From positions 1 through 25,071 of IMG/VR virus record IMGVR_UViG_3300033076_001536: 25,071 nt of DNA, one strand, 5' to 3'. The notes under the pieces were generated by a model, which had not been told where the DNA came from, searched no databases, and worked only from the letters and a program-made list of their open reading frames with translations. This stretch comes from a virus (taxonomy: Duplodnaviria; Caudoviricetes). Both the position numbers and the translations under genes were made by a program. Positions 25,030-25,071 of this stretch are shown piece after piece; position 1 is the first letter of the stretch, and the number at the start of each line of letters is the position of its first letter.

Positions 25030-25071
25030 ATGAAACAAGCCCCGCACCCAGTCCTCCCCAAAATCTTCGTC
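25030..25071 (+). CDS. Possible start of next ORF (truncated by window)
   Basis: cccATG MKQAPHPVLPKIFV, open to the window end. Confidence 0.35.
   Translation, partial: MKQAPHPVLPKIFV

Noticed and set aside
976-25047. Many long minus-strand and alternative-frame ORFs (e.g. 1268..2539 +, 7669..8757 -, 17038..17913 -)
   Set aside because: Shadows of the C-biased coding frames; low-complexity Pro/Ser/Thr- or Gly/Val/Glu-rich translations with no motifs.

Overview
A single + strand late (morphogenesis/lysis) region of a long-tailed phage or prophage. The host is probably Verrucomicrobiota, inferred from the SSB sequence, the intergenic short-repeat families and the lack of Shine-Dalgarno signals. 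Gene order: terminase small and large (lambda GpA-type), head-tail joining protein, lambda-type portal, S49 protease, scaffold, BPP-1-like major capsid plus cement protein, head-completion/neck genes, two paralogous tube-like proteins, SSB, tail assembly chaperone with a -1 frameshift site, tape measure, tail-tip candidates, head-fibre module, holin/spanin-like genes and an M15 endolysin. The main find is a ~278-bp integron-type gene cassette between the head-tail and portal genes. It has a canonical attC on the minus strand and complementary core sites at its two ends, and its ORF runs antisense to the usual cassette orientation, starting inside the attC hairpin. No integrase is present in the window. 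Also notable: a TTGAC-C-rich motif before 9-10 genes, (CTGACCT)n arrays, a 28-bp REP-like hairpin in six copies, and strong C-richness of the coding strand. All product calls come from motif recognition and synteny, not database searches.
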